Shown: positions 32,912 to 47,249, counted from the first letter of the stretch. The stretch: DNA of 64,000 nt from the human T2T-CHM13v2.0 reference genome, Homo sapiens (GCF_009914755.1 NC_060932.1), one strand, 5' to 3'. Numbers and translations: made by a program. The notes: generated from the sequence alone by a model not told the origin.

Positions 32912-33369
32912 TGTATTGGTTTGCTAGGGCTGCCATTACAAAATACCACAAACTTGGTGGCTTAAACAACAGAAATTTATTATCTCATATCTCTGGAGGC
33001 TAGAAGTCCAAAATCAAGCTGTCTTCAGGGTTTGTTTATTCTGAGACTGTGTGGGAGAATATGTCTCATGCCTCTCACCTGGCTTCTGGTGGTTTGCTGG
33101 CAATCTTTGTTATTCTTTGGCTTGTAGATACATCATGCTGATCTCTAATTTTCTTTTCACATGGTGTTCTCCCTGTGTGTATGTCTGTGTCCACGTTTCT
33201 CCTTTTTATAAGGACATCAGTTATATTGGATTAGGGGCCCACTCTATCCCAGTATGACCTCATCTTAACTAATTACCTCTTCAGCAACCCTATTTTCAAA
33301 AAAGATTACATTGTCAGGGTTAAGACCTCAGCATGTGAATTTTGGGGGAGTACAATTAAACTCATAACA
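32912..33369 (-). mobile_element. MLT1C-like MaLR LTR
   Basis: tgtattggtttgctagggctgcc...ggcttaaacaacagaaatttatt...tatgacctcatcttaactaattac...cataaca. Confidence 0.85.
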
Positions 33370-33719
33370 CTGTTTCCACAGATTTGATTCCACTGTTTTT
33401 CCCCAACCACCCCAATAAGGTAAGCTCTTTAGAAAATTTACTTTCCCCCCCGCCCACCACTTCTTTGCCTGATATAGATTCGTGCTTTTAATAGTAAATC
33501 TCTTATCTTTAAGAATGCTTGATTGCCATTTATACTGTACACATTAAGTCTGCCTTTATCCATGTAGATTTAATAATGTTTGATATAAAATATACATGGA
33601 GATAATCATGTATATAACATAGTGTAATTATAAATGTCAAAGTTTTTTATTCACTGCTATATCTTGCATGCTTTATTGTGTCTCTAATTGGGTTCATTTG
33701 TAAATTGGTAATTTGTAAA

Positions 33720-34400
33720 TTGGTAAGAAGTTTTCTTGCCTGCATTTTATTTAGATGGAGTTAGTAGGTGTATACTCTGAATTCTTACAGATCCTCAAAC
33801 ATTTTACTTTTGTCCCATAAGATGAGTGATATCTTGATAAGTATAAGCTGTAGTCTTGTCCTGTTGAGAGTTTCTGTAGTTGCTATTCCCCTGTTTCATA
33901 GCCTCCAAAATGCCAGATAAAGAGCCTGGAGACACAGATATATTTTTCAAATGCATACATTTGTTTTTCTTCCTGGCCACCTGTGAGATTTCTCTGTATC
34001 TTTAGAGTTTGGGAATGTTGCTACTATATGCCTGGGAGGTTCTCTGTTCTCCTTAATGTAGTCTAGAAGCTAGTGAGCTACAGTCAGTCTGAAGAGTCAG
34101 GACATTCCTCAACTCAGGGAAATTTTCTTCAAAGATTATTTTAGACTATTGCCTTTCCTTTATCTCCACTTTTTTCGTCTTCTGAATTACTGTTGTTTTA
34201 ATGTATGGGCTTTCAAATCTACCTTCTGAGTCTTGTGTCTTTTTTGTCATGATTTTTACCCCTTTATAAATCTTTTGAACACTAGAAAGTTTCTCACATA
34301 TGATAATTCATAAATGATTATTGTTTCCTTCAAGCAATCTATTGAATTTAACTGATTTTATTATTTGTATTCATATTTACATCCAATATTCCATCATTTC
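33720..34400 (-). mobile_element. Highly diverged L1M (ORF1-region) fragment
   Basis: T-rich antisense L1-like motifs (cagggaaattttcttc...attattttag); weak. Confidence 0.45.
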
Positions 34401-34446
34401 TATATAATGCAGAGTGAGTTCTGTTTGTTTTCCTTCTCTTCAGTTG

Positions 34447-34983
<537 letters not shown>

Positions 34984-35112
34984 TAAACTGTTTTCAAAGG
35001 CAATTATCTCCTGATCTGTTGGCCTTACTATATCTCAAATTAGCTATTAATAGACTATACAGTTGACCCTTGAGCAATGCAGGGTTACTCACACAGTTGA
35101 AAATCTGTGTAC

Positions 35113-38100
35113 GGGGGGCACCAAGATGGCTGAATAGGAACAGCTCCAGTTTGCAACTCCCAGCATGAACGACACAGAAGACGAGTGATTTCTGCATTTC
35201 CAACTGAGGTACTGGGTTCATCTCACTGGGGCTTGCCAGACAAGTGGGGGCAGCCCACGGAGCAGGGCGGGGCATTGCCTCACCCTGGAAGCTCAAGGGG
35301 TTGAGGAATTCCCTTTCCTAGCAAAGAGAAGTTGTGACAGGAGGCACCTGGAAAATCTGGATACTCCCACCCTAATACTGTGCTTTTCCAATGGCCTTAG
35401 CAAACCGCACACTAGGCGATTATATCCCGTGCCTGGCTCGGAGGGTCCCACACCCAAGGATCCTTGCTCACTGCTAGCACAGCAGTCTGAGATCAAATTG
35501 CAAGGCAACAGTGAGGCTGGGGGAGGGGCATCCACCATTGTTGAGGCTTGAGTAGGTAAACAAAGTGGCTGGGAATCTCAAACTCGGTGGAGCCCACCTC
35601 AGCTCAAGGAGGCCTGCCTGCCTCTGTAGGCTCCACCTCTAGGGGCAGGGCATAACTGAACAAAAGGCAGCAGAAACTTCTGCAGACTTAAACGTCCCTG
35701 TCTGACAGCTTTGAAGAGAGTAGTGGTTCTGCCAGCATGGAGTTAGAGATCTGAGAACGGACAGACTGCCTCCTCCAGTGGGTCCCTGACCCCCGGGTAG
35801 CCTAACTGGGAGGCACCTCCCTGTAGGGGGGCGACTGACACCTCATAAGGCCAGGTTCGCCTCTGCGACGAAGCTTCCAGAGGAAGGATTAGGCAGCAAC
35901 CTTTGCTATTCTGCAGCCTCCACTGGTGATACCCAGGCAAACAGCATCTGGAGTGGACCTGCAGCAAACTCCAACAGACCTGCAGCTGAGGGTCGTGACT
36001 GTTAGAAGGAAAACTAACAAACAGAAAGGATATCCACACCAAAACCCCATCTGTACGTCACCATCATCAAAGACCAAAGGTAGATAAAACCACAAAGATG
36101 GGGAGAAACCAGAGCAGAAAAGCTGATAATTCTAAAAATCAGAGCTCCTCTTCTCTTCCAAAGGAATGCAGCTCCTTGCTAGCAACGGAACAAAGGTGGA
36201 TGCAGAATGACTTTGACAAGTCGAGGCAAGAAAGCTTCAGACGATCACTAATAACAAACTTCTCCGAGCTAAAGGAGGATGTTCAAACCCATCACAAAGA
36301 AGCCAAAAACCTTGAAAAAAGAGTAGACGAATGGCTAACTAGAATAAACAGTGTGGAGAAGTCCTTAAATGACCTGATGGAGCTGAAAACCATGGCACGA
36401 GAAACACGTGACACATGCACAAGCTTCAGTAGCAGATTTGATCAAATGGAAGAAAGTGTTTCAGTGATTGAAGATCAAATGAATGAAATCAAGGGAGAAG
36501 AGAAGTTTAGAGAAAAAAGAGTAAAAAGAAATGAACAAAGCCTCCAAGAAATATGGGACTATTTCAAAAAAAGCCTCCAAGAAATATGGGACTGTATCAC
36601 AAGCATTCCTTTACACCAATAACAGACAAACAGAGAGGCAAATCATGAGTGAACTCCCATTCACAATTGCTTCAAAGAGTATAAAATACCTAGGAATCCA
36701 ACTTACAAGGAATGTGAAGGACCTCTTCAAGGAGAACTACAAACCACTGCTTAATGAAATAAAAGAGGACACCAACAAATGGAAGAACATTCCATGCTCA
36801 TGGATGGGAAGAATAAATATTGTGAAAATGGCCATACTGCCCAAGGTAATTTATAGATTCAATGCCATCCCCATCAAGCTACCAATGACTTTATTCACAG
36901 AATTGGAAAAAACTACTTTAAAGTTCATCTGGAACCAAAAAAGAGCCCACATTGCTGAGACAATCCTAAGCAAAAAAATCAAAGCTGGAGGCATCACGCT
37001 ACCTGAGTTCAAACTGTACTACAAGGCTACAGTAACCAAAACAGCATGGTACTGGTACCAAAACAGAGATACAGACCAATGGAACAGAATAGAGGCCTCA
37101 GAAATAATACCACACATCTACAACGATTGATCTTTGACAAACCTGACAAAAACAAGAAATGGGAAAAAGACTCCTTATTTAATTAGTGGTGCTGGGAAAA
37201 TTGGCTAGCCATATGTAGAAAGCTGAAACTGGATCCCTTCCTTATACCTTATACAAAAATCAATTCAAGATGGATTAAAGACTTAAATGTTAGACCTAAA
37301 ACCATAAAAACCCTAGAAGAAAACCTAGGCAATGCCATTCAAGACACAGGCATGGGCAAGGACTTCATGTCTAAATCACCAAAAGCAATGGCAACAAAAG
37401 CCAAAATTGACAAGTGGGATCTAATTCAACTAAAGAGCTTCTGCACAGCAAAAGAAACTACCATCAGAGTGAACAGGCAACCTACAAAATGGGAGAAAAA
37501 TTTTACAAGCTACCCATCTGACAAAGGGCTAATATCCAGAATCTACAAAGAACTTAAACAAATTTACAAGAAAAAAAACAAACAACTGCATCAAGAAGTG
37601 GGCAAAGGACATGAACAGACACTTCTCAAAAGAAGACATTTATGCAGCCAACAGACACATGAGAAAATGCTCATCATCACTGGCCATCAGAGAAATGCAA
37701 ATCAAAACCACAATGAGATACCATCTCACACCAGTTAGAATGGTGATCATTATAAAGTCAGGAAACAACAGGTGCTGGAGAGGATGTGGAGAAATAGGAA
37801 CAGTTTTACACTGTTGGTGGAACTGTAAACTAGTTCAACCATTGTGGAAGACAGTTTGGCAATTCCTCAGGGATCTAGAACTAGAAATACCGTTTGACCC
37901 AGCCATCCCATTACTGGGTATATACCCAAAGGACTATAAATCATGCTGCTATAAAGACACATGCACACGTATGTTTATTGCGGCACCATTCACAATAGCA
38001 AAGACTTGGAACCAACCCAAATTTCCATCAATGATAGATTGGATTAAGAAAATGTGGCACATAGACACCATGGAATACTCTGCAGACATAAAAAGGATGA

Positions 38101-38456
38101 GTTCATGTCCTTTATGGGGACATGGATGAAGCTGGAAACCATGATTCTGAGCAAACTATCGCAAGGACATAAAAGCAAACACAGCATGTTCTCACTCATA
38201 GGTGGGAATTGAACAATGAGAACACATGGACACAGGGTGGGGAACATCACACAGGGGCAGGGGGGCCTGCCAGGGGATGGGGGGAGGGGAGATGGATAGC
38301 ATTAGGAGATATACCTAATGTAAATGAAGAGTTAATGGGTGCACACACCAACATGGCACATGTATACGTATGACGTACGTAACAAACCTGCACTTTGTGC
38401 ACATGTATGCTAGAACTTTAAGTAAAAAAAAAAAAAAGAAAGAAAGAAAAAAAACC
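35113..38456 (+). mobile_element. L1PA5-like LINE-1 with intact ends and ~2.8-kb internal deletion
   Basis: G-run + ccaagatggc, 5' UTR, 5' half of ORF1 joined to 3' part of ORF2, 3' UTR, A tail; 12-bp TSD aaaatctgtgta 35100-35111 / 38457-38468. Confidence 0.95.
36098..36622 (+). pseudogene. Truncated L1 ORF1p (N-terminus and coiled coil), 174 open codons
   Basis: MGRNQSRK...[10 protein letters not shown], then a duplicated SLQEIWD and a short out-of-frame tail. Confidence 0.85.
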
Positions 38457-39249
38457 AAAATCTGTGTATACTTTTTAATTCCCCCAAAAGTTAACTATTA
38501 GTAGCCTACTGTTGACTAGAAGGTTTGCTGATAACAGAAAGAGTTGATTAACACATAGACTAGTATCTACAGATAATTTATGCATTCATGACATACCTAG
38601 CCTTTTCTTAACTTTTTTTCTGATATTTCTAGGCTATGTGATTCATCTGCAAGTTTTTTCAAATTGTCAGAAATCTCCAAAAAGTTTTCCAGTATATTTA
38701 TTGAAAAAAAATCCACATACAAGTGAACCCATGCAGTTCAAAGCTGTGTTTTTCAAGGGTCAACTATACAACTAAATATAGGTCTAGCTATTGTAATCTA
38801 CCACACATGCTGACAGTCTTATATGTCTGCGTTGCTGATGACATTAGTGTGTTGATCTCCTGCCAAGGCACCAGTTTCTGGCCCAGTCTCAGAGGAGACC
38901 AATTATCAGCACATCCATTACGTTCTCAATTGACTTTTCTGGTCTGGTGTACATAGAACGCTTTCACAGGGCCACTGTTACCTTGTCTCTAGGTATCTGG
39001 CACCCACCAAGTGTCAAGCTCCCTCCAGGCTCTGCTACTCTCAGAATTGCCTCCATGATTTTAGCAGTTTGTTCTGTGTTTGTCCAGGCCACTGCTCAGA
39101 GAATTGCATCTGTAACTCTCCGTGTGCTACACCATATCTCCCAAGGATTCTGGTAGCCCCTTGACATTGGCTGAGTGAGGCAAACAGTTTAGAGTGGAGT
39201 GAAAAGGAAGCGAAACATTACCCTAATCAACCCAGAGTGTCATACTTGG

Positions 39250-40221
39250 ACTCTGGAGCTACCTGACTAGGTTTAAATCCTAGCTGTGCTACTCACTGAC
39301 TGTGCAACTTTAGTCATGAGACTTGAACGCCCTGTGCCTCAGTGTCCCCATTTGTTTGAGACAGAGACTTGCTGTATTGCCCAGGCTGGGGTGCAGGAGT
39401 GTTATCTCAGCTCACTGCAGCCTTGATCTTCTGGGCTCAAGCAATTCCCCACCCTTAGCCTCCTGAGTAGCTGGGACTACAGGCATGCACCACCATGTCT
39501 GGCTGATTTTTTATTTTTGTAGAGACAGGGTTTCGCCATGTTGCCCAGGCTGGTCTCAAACTCCTGAGCTCAAGCCGTCAGCCTGCCTTGGCCTCCTAAC
39601 GTGTTGGCATTCCCGACATGAGCCACCACGCTGGCCAGTTTCCTCATTTGTACAATAAACGTGATGATAATAATTGTTCCTACTTCCTAAGTTTATTGTG
39701 TGAGTTATTATATTTAAAGCACTATGTAGATGTTGCTATTGCCACTATTATTCCATAATATAGCTACAATTTCCAAACGAAAAACAAGGAACTAAAAAAA
39801 AAAAATTGCCACCTGGCAGTTTTTGACTCTAACAGGACTCTAAATATCTACTGAGAAGACCTAAGAAAAGAAAGGACTAGACAAAGAACTTTCTACTATC
39901 TGTCTGCTGTCTATTTGGTGAGTAAGGGAGTAAAGCAACTTTCTACTACCTTACTCACCAAATCTGAGAGAATTTGAAGGTCCATGGCTGCTGATGACTT
40001 GGAGATATAAACCTAAATCCCAAAATATTTCTTCCTGTTCTTGCAAATTAGATGCTTTGTTTAGAAAGAAGACCTGCTGTTTTTAAGTGAGCAAAGGACA
40101 TGAATAAACAAACAGTGCGTAGAAGAATAAAAAGAATGTAAACAATTCATGAAATAGTGTTGAACCTCAACTCAGGTTTAGGGACTATGGAAACCCAAGC
40201 AGCCCTTGGAATCTTGATGGA
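39250..40221 (+). repeat. Inverted duplication, left arm (MIR + unique DNA, Alu inserted)
   Basis: Reverse complement of 41277-41890; perfect blocks 39975-40001 and 40144-40190. Confidence 0.95.
39355..39636 (-). mobile_element. AluJ inserted in the MIR of the left arm
   Basis: AluJ diagnostics (gcagccttgatcttctgggctcaag; ttgcccaggctggtctc); TSD agtgtccccattt 39341-39353 / agtttcctcattt 39637-39649. Confidence 0.9.
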
Positions 40222-41276
40222 TTATATAGATAACATATGGTTAGAAAATTTGAAATAGACAAATATGAAGAAGGAAATAAACAAAATCAGTTATCCCACT
40301 ATGTAGAAATAACTATTGGTAGCATTTTAATTAAATTTTCAATTTTTTTTCTATTTGTTTCATACACTTTATATGGTAATGTATACAAAGTCTTTCACAA
40401 CAATTTTTTTCGGCCTAATATGGCACCATGAGCACATTTTATACATTCAAGTATTGTTTGAAAATGAATTTCTAAGTATATTATTTTTTGATAAACATTT
40501 AGCAAAACATATTTAGCCATTTTTCCTGTTGATATATATGTATCGTTTACAAATTTTCACTAGTTGTCTGAGACTGATGATGTTGCATTTTTGACTTTCT
40601 TTTTCAAATTTTGTTTGTAAGTAAGAGAAAGCAACTTGTGCTAATCTAAGACAAAAAAGAGAAGAGTGGTATAAAACTTTTTTGAAATTTTGTGGGTTAT
40701 CTTTCACAAAATTGAAGTTAATGAAGACAATGGCTACTATTTTTTAACTTGTCAAATTGAAATTGGTATTTCCAAAAATTATAATAATCAATGTTCAGCA
40801 AAGGTGTGCTGAAAGATACAACCTCAGTCAGTCTTGGGGTGGGGAAAGGAGACAACAGAACAACTTTTCTGAAAAGAAATGGCAATCCTTTAAGAAGCTT
40901 CAAAAAATAGTTTTTAACTAAATACTTTTTGAAAGGAATCTCTTTAATTGAAAAAAGTAGATGGATTCAAATATTTCTGTATGACAATTTATAGCATCTT
41001 TTTTAGGAGAGTTATCTTTCTAGCCCTCCACTTTCTGTCTCCATCCAATTAGAATTGCCCACCATGCTTATAGGGAAGTTCTCCCATCCTGAAAATGTCT
41101 GCATCGCTTTGCCTCTCTTTTGTAGCTTAATTGCCCAATGTGGATACCTGATGGAAACTGTATCAGAGATTTCCAAAGGATTTGCAGTATTAAAATGAGA
41201 GACATGGTGACCGGCATTTTTGGCAGCACAATCATATTAAAGGCAACATTCTTAAGTGGAGAAGTCCATGGGTTCC

Positions 41277-41890
41277 TCCTACCAAGATCCCAAGGGCTGG
41301 CTGGGTTCCCATAGTCCCTAAACCTGAGTTGAGGTTCAACACTATTTCATGAATTCTCTATATTCTTTTCAATTTTTTTGTGCACTGTTTACTCATCATG
41401 TTCTTTGCTCATTTAAAAAAGTAGGTCTGCTTTCAAAACAAATGTATCTAATTTGTGAGAACAGGAAGAAATAATTTGGTATTTAGTTTTATATCTTCAA
41501 GTCATCAGCAGCCATGGACCTTCACATTCTCTCAAATTTGGTGATTAAGATAGTAGAAAGTTTTTCTAGTCTTTTCTTTTCTTGGTCTTCTCAGTAGTCC
41601 TGTTAGATTCAAAAATTACCCGGTGGAAAAACAGTATTTTCTTTGTTAATTCCTTGCATTTCATTTTAAAAATGCAAGTACGTTATAGAATAATGATGGT
41701 AACAGGGACACCTGCATAGTGCTTTAAATGTAATAACTCAACAAAATTTAGGAAGTAGGAACAATTATTGTTATCACATCTATTTTACAAATGAGGAAAC
41801 TGAGTCACAGAGCGTTTAAGTGGCGTGACTGAAGTTGCACAGTAAATGAGTAGCACAGCTAGGATTAGAACCCAGTTAGGTGGCTCCAGT
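41277..41890 (-). repeat. Inverted duplication, right arm
   Basis: Reverse complement of the left arm without the Alu; perfect blocks 41309-41355 and 41498-41524. Confidence 0.95.
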
Positions 41891-42899
41891 CTATAAACTT
41901 TTAACTCCTATGCCATATGGTTTCTCATAATAAAATAAATTGGCTTGTGTAAAGAAGTTTTATACTTCTTATATAATTACCGTCCTATTCAACATAATTT
42001 AGTGTATTGACCATTAAAAAAAGAAAATCAAACAATATGTTTTCTCTTTGAGAATTTGAAATAAAGAATATTTTACAGAAAAAAAATTAGATGTTTTTAA
42101 TTTGCTAAGGAGTTTTATTTTCTAGGCTGAATATAACTAAGAGGCAGGACTGTAGAGGAACAGTCAAGGTTCTCATCATGTGACTTGTGACAAGTCACTT
42201 AAAGTCATACTTCTTACCTGCAAGATAACTATATCTGCCTTATTCACTTTCTTAAGTTGTAGAAGATGTCAGAGGAGATAGTTCATGGAATGGTTTTGTA
42301 ACTTATGATATCTTGTCAAAATTTACATTGGTATTATTATTAATGTTGGTGTGGCTTTGGGGAGTAAATCACATAACGTTATTTATTTAGGGCAACATTT
42401 AAACAATATATTTTAGGATAGTAAAAATCACTTTTATCCTGAAATGACAGAAAAATACAAACGTATCATGCCAGGACTAAACAGAAAAGAGTTCAGAGGG
42501 TTAACATGAAAGTAAAAATAAAAATATGGGTCTTATTCACTTGGCTCATCATACACTGTGATGAAAAGTCAACAAATGTATAAAGAAACATAGATGTTGG
42601 GATAATTTCTTTTTGTATACCAGAAGATGTTCTGTGTCCTACCTATATTTTCAGCCACTTTGGGTTCTATAGGCGTAAATTATGACAGAAGATTTCACTT
42701 CGAGTAGAATCTCTAATGACTTGCAAAACCTTACTTTGCTTAAGAATAAATGAAGAGAAAAATATTTATTTTGGTAGTTTTGAATATTTTAATAAAGCAG
42801 AAGTATTTGTTAACTACCTATTCTGTTATCTGTGACATCTTTTAATTTTAAACCATCTTTTTACTCCTACCCCCAAATTTCCATCAATTGCGTTTCTTT

Positions 42900-44135
42900 G
42901 ATGATAAATCAATTGGATGTTCCTCAGTCCTCATCTCCTTCACTGTCTCAAATATGGAACACTCGTGATCAATATCTGCTGGAACTTTTCTCCTTCTGCT
43001 TCCCCTCTGAGATTCCTTTTGTTTTTATAGCTAGCTATTTTCCACGTATGCCTTGAAAATCAAGGTGCCACTTGGTTATGCAGTCAACCTTCTGCACACT
43101 TGCTCCAGGTGATCTCATACACGGTCACTGATTCTTTTCACGTTGGATGCCCCAGAAGTACATGCTCTAGCTCAGTTCTCCCATAGTCCTCCAGTGCCAT
43201 GTTTCTCCCTGTCCACTTTATTTATATCTCTGTGGATTCTGAAGGAATCTTAAACTCAACATGCCTCATAAAGAACCCATTATCAATTTATCCCCCTTTA
43301 TCAACTTTCTCTACTTCCTCTAGTTGATAATAGTACCACAGAGTCATCTAAATTCAAAAGCTTGGCATTATCTCAGATTCTTCTGAACTTCTCACACCAA
43401 ATCTCACCAGGCCCTAAGGCTATTCTCCTTTTTAAATGTGCTTCAAAGCCCATCCCTAGCTCTAGGTCACTATAATGATTTGGGTCCCAGTCCCCTCTCA
43501 TCTCATAGAAACGAAGAATTTCCCAAGTGATCTTTGAGGCTTGAGATATTTGTCTTTGCTACAATCTCCATTCACATTCATTAGAATGTTTTTTCTAAAA
43601 ACCAGTGTTAATTTTGTAATTTTTTTACTCTAAAAATTTCCATTGGTTTTCAACTGGATCGAGTATTTGATCCTATATAAAGCTCTTAATGCAGGTTTCC
43701 CTTTTTACCTTTACTTGTATGCGTTCTCCCCATCTCCACCTTCACATGTGCTATATGTACAGCACCACTGTTCTACTTCTTCCCTACACTTGCCTGGTGC
43801 CTTTCTACACAGTCTTCCTCTGCCTATGACCAATCTATCTATATTCTCTGTCTGGTCAACTCAGACCTGGTTCAAATGCCATTTTCTTGGTGATTTTTCT
43901 CAATAGCCAGATATTTTCTCAATTCTGCTACTGTAACAGTTTTAACATAATATTAGTAGAGCTGTTATCCTGTTGATTCTCTATCATTTGTTTACATGTC
44001 ATTCTCCTGGTTAACTAGCACATTAGATTTTTGAGGCTATCAAAACCCTATCTTCTTTTTCCACTTTGCCTCTTTCATTTTACTATTGCTCACTAGTATG
44101 TGTGCAGTAAATGCTTGTTTAATATGAATAACTGA
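42900..44135 (+). mobile_element. L2 fragment(s)
   Basis: atcttaaactcaacatg motif, pyrimidine-rich body, 3' end tgcagtaaatgcttgtttaatatgaat. Confidence 0.65.
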
Positions 44136-47020
44136 AGGAAAGAGGAAGGAAAAGTATTGTAAATGGTAAAAAGACTACCCAATTGTGGGTAAATATATTT
44201 GTAATATAAGATACAATTCTTCCTCACAAAGAAAATATCAGTGCACTTTATCTAATTTCTTTTTTGTTCCTTATTTGACAGAATTATATTTATTTTTTCC
44301 ACTGTGGAAATTTTCATCAAAATTATAATGTTAAAATTAAAAAATAAATTTACTAATATGTTGAAATTATTCTATATTTTGAGTATAGTTTTTTACCAAC
44401 ATTCTTAATTAATTTATTATACACTTAAATACCCAGTGAAAGAGGTTTCATTGTACTGATTGAAACCATTCAAATGCAAACTAGGTGAAACATTGTTTTA
44501 AATGATTCAGGATGTGTGCTATGTATTTGCTAAAGATTTTTCATTTCCTTCACACTTTTAATCAAATAGATGATCCATGCTTTTTGTTGAAAGAAAAAAA
44601 AAATTCTTGTCTGTTCTCTGTATAGTCTACAATGAATCATGAGCATAATCTAAAAGTCTCGATGACATACTAATGGCATTCTAAAAATAGCTTCCAGAAT
44701 TAAAAACTTTGGTTCTAAAGATCAAACAACACCCTTAAAGGTGGTTTGTTATTTCTTACAGCATTGTTTAAAATGATTCCTTTATTTTTCTGAATTAGCC
44801 CCACTTTTTTTCTTACTGACGTTTTGTCAGCAGGATTTTTTCTTGTCATTTCTATTTGCACTATACAGCATATACCAGCTTCATGACCTTTGCTCTCTTA
44901 CTCTAGCATAAGAGTTCAACAAATGCAAACTCTAAGATTAGACAGGCAGCTGATAGATAATTATTAGCAGTCATAGAAGTTTCTTAATTTCATACTTATT
45001 TTTAAGCAGTCATAGTGTTGAATAATGAGAATTTCATACCAAATGAACTGGGTTTAAGAATCAACACTGGCACATCCTAGTGTTAATTTAATCTTTCTAA
45101 ATCTCAGTTTCTTTATCTGTCAAATAGATGTTTCACAGAGTCTAATTAAATACAATGGTGTCTTTGATGGTGAAGCACTATGTAATCTAACTTTGTTTTT
45201 ATTTTGCCCATTACAATAATATTAACAAGTTGTAGATTGTCATCCCTAATGAAGAGAAATATACATGTTTACTGTTTTCCTAATATATAACTTTTTAAAA
45301 GGAATATGGGATATATGGACTGAAAGACATGTCCAAATCTTATAACTAGTTCCACTGAGAAGTGATCCTATGGGAAAAACAATAAAGAATGAACTTATGC
45401 ATCATTTCACATACTTCTACACATATTCAACAAACATTTATTGAAGAAATACCTTTGTGTTAAAATATTTTGAATGGGGTGGTCTGTAGAATACAAGGCT
45501 TTCAGAAACAGGTGAGTCCTTACCTTCTGGAAGTGTGCAGTTTGATAAATTGTTCATCATCTATTTATTGTTAGAATCATTAATTCAACATTTACCTTTT
45601 CTCAACCATCAATTTATCTGCCTTGCACTTGATTGAGTACTCAAGTTCAGTCAAATGACCAATACTTTTACTATATCTAAAATATGCTTTTTACTAAAGT
45701 GGAATAATTGTAAAACAATAATAATAGAGCTACAAGCATTAAGATAAAATATAATAGATGCCTCTCTGGTAAATTTGTAATACAGACGTTCTTTGAAGGG
45801 TTTCAAAATTTGGCAACAACTATTTTATATTTCTGTGACATCACAGTGTAAGGAAAAACTATGTACACTGTTTAGAAACATGTTTCTGTTGAGATTTGAG
45901 GCTAATAAAACCCACCCTTTATCTTTGTGAAAGTTGTCAAACAATTGAAACATGAGACATAAAAATCATATAGATGAGATCAGTATGTCAGTTTTATTTT
46001 TCCAAATTTGGGAAAACATGGCTTAAATCTGCAGGCAATTAGGTTTTCTAACACTTTCACTTTTGCATGTATCCACCCCAAACTGGATGCTTCTCTTCCT
46101 TCATTGTAAGTCCTCTAAGGGTAAATCCTGCCATTGTAGACCTGCTACAATTGAGAAGCAGATACTGGAGCATCCTGAGGACAGATTCTCAGAGGGGAGA
46201 AACATGGAAGGAACAGAATCATGCTGTCCCTGTTCCTTCTAAATTCACTAGTTAATGAATTCACCCCTTCCCCTTTAGAAATGAAGAGAAATCTGTCTGT
46301 CTTCTAACTTGAGGGGGAGGGGTTAAATGATTCCTCCTAACATTACCTTATAGTCGTTCATGCCCTGCCCTCAAGGGTGATTCATAAGGGATTTCGTTTA
46401 AAAAACAAAAATGTATTTGAACATTCTGAATCTTTTACGATTTAGATTTGTGCCACATGGTCTATGATGATGGGTTTAGTAGGCTTTAAAATCCAAAGTA
46501 GCCTTTAAAGTTTTTATTTAAAAAATTGCATTATTTCAAATGTGCAAAAACTTATAAAATATAATTAAACACTTTTATAGATGAGGAATTTAAGGTCCAC
46601 AGAATCTAAGCCACTTGGTTGAAGACATACATAACCATTTCTCTACTAAACTGAGTCTTATTAATCGTTAGAGTCCCAGTGCCTAGCACAGTGTCCGGCA
46701 CTCAACTATGTTTGTCGAATGAACGAATGAGTGGATGAATGCATAAATGAGGAGGCATAGTTTTAATACTGATTTTCTTCGTAACTTAGGTCTTTTTTTT
46801 ATTATGTCCCTCTCTTTTTTTTTTTTTTTTTTGCAGGCAAGAATGAAGACAGCCAGAATCTTCTCTGCACATGTGAGAAAGAACAGAAAATTCAGATAGA
46901 TATTTCTCAAATAAGCCTTCAAGATTTATTACCACATGGTTAAAAACGTTACTTAACTAGCTATGATTACTAGTCAACAATAATTGTAATTGTGTTTTCC
47001 CACTTTTATTGAATTCATTA

Positions 47021-47249
<229 letters not shown>

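Larger units (their letters stand above)
35060..38766. mobile_element. Tigger2a/MER8-like DNA transposon split by an L1 (35060-35111, 38457-38766)
   Basis: TA+cagttgacccttga ... tcaagggtcaacta+TA terminal inverted repeats; internal sequence continuous across the L1. Confidence 0.85.

Noticed and set aside
36560-36600. Internally deleted L1 as a spliced retrocopy (SpIRE)
   Set aside because: No AG precedes the ORF2 re-entry point (consensus context tgtacaaaa|atcac), and splicing would not create a 24-nt duplication
39250-41890. Inverted repeat explained as two opposite MIRs
   Set aside because: Similarity continues ~450 bp beyond the MIR into non-repeat DNA, and the MIR parts share private variants
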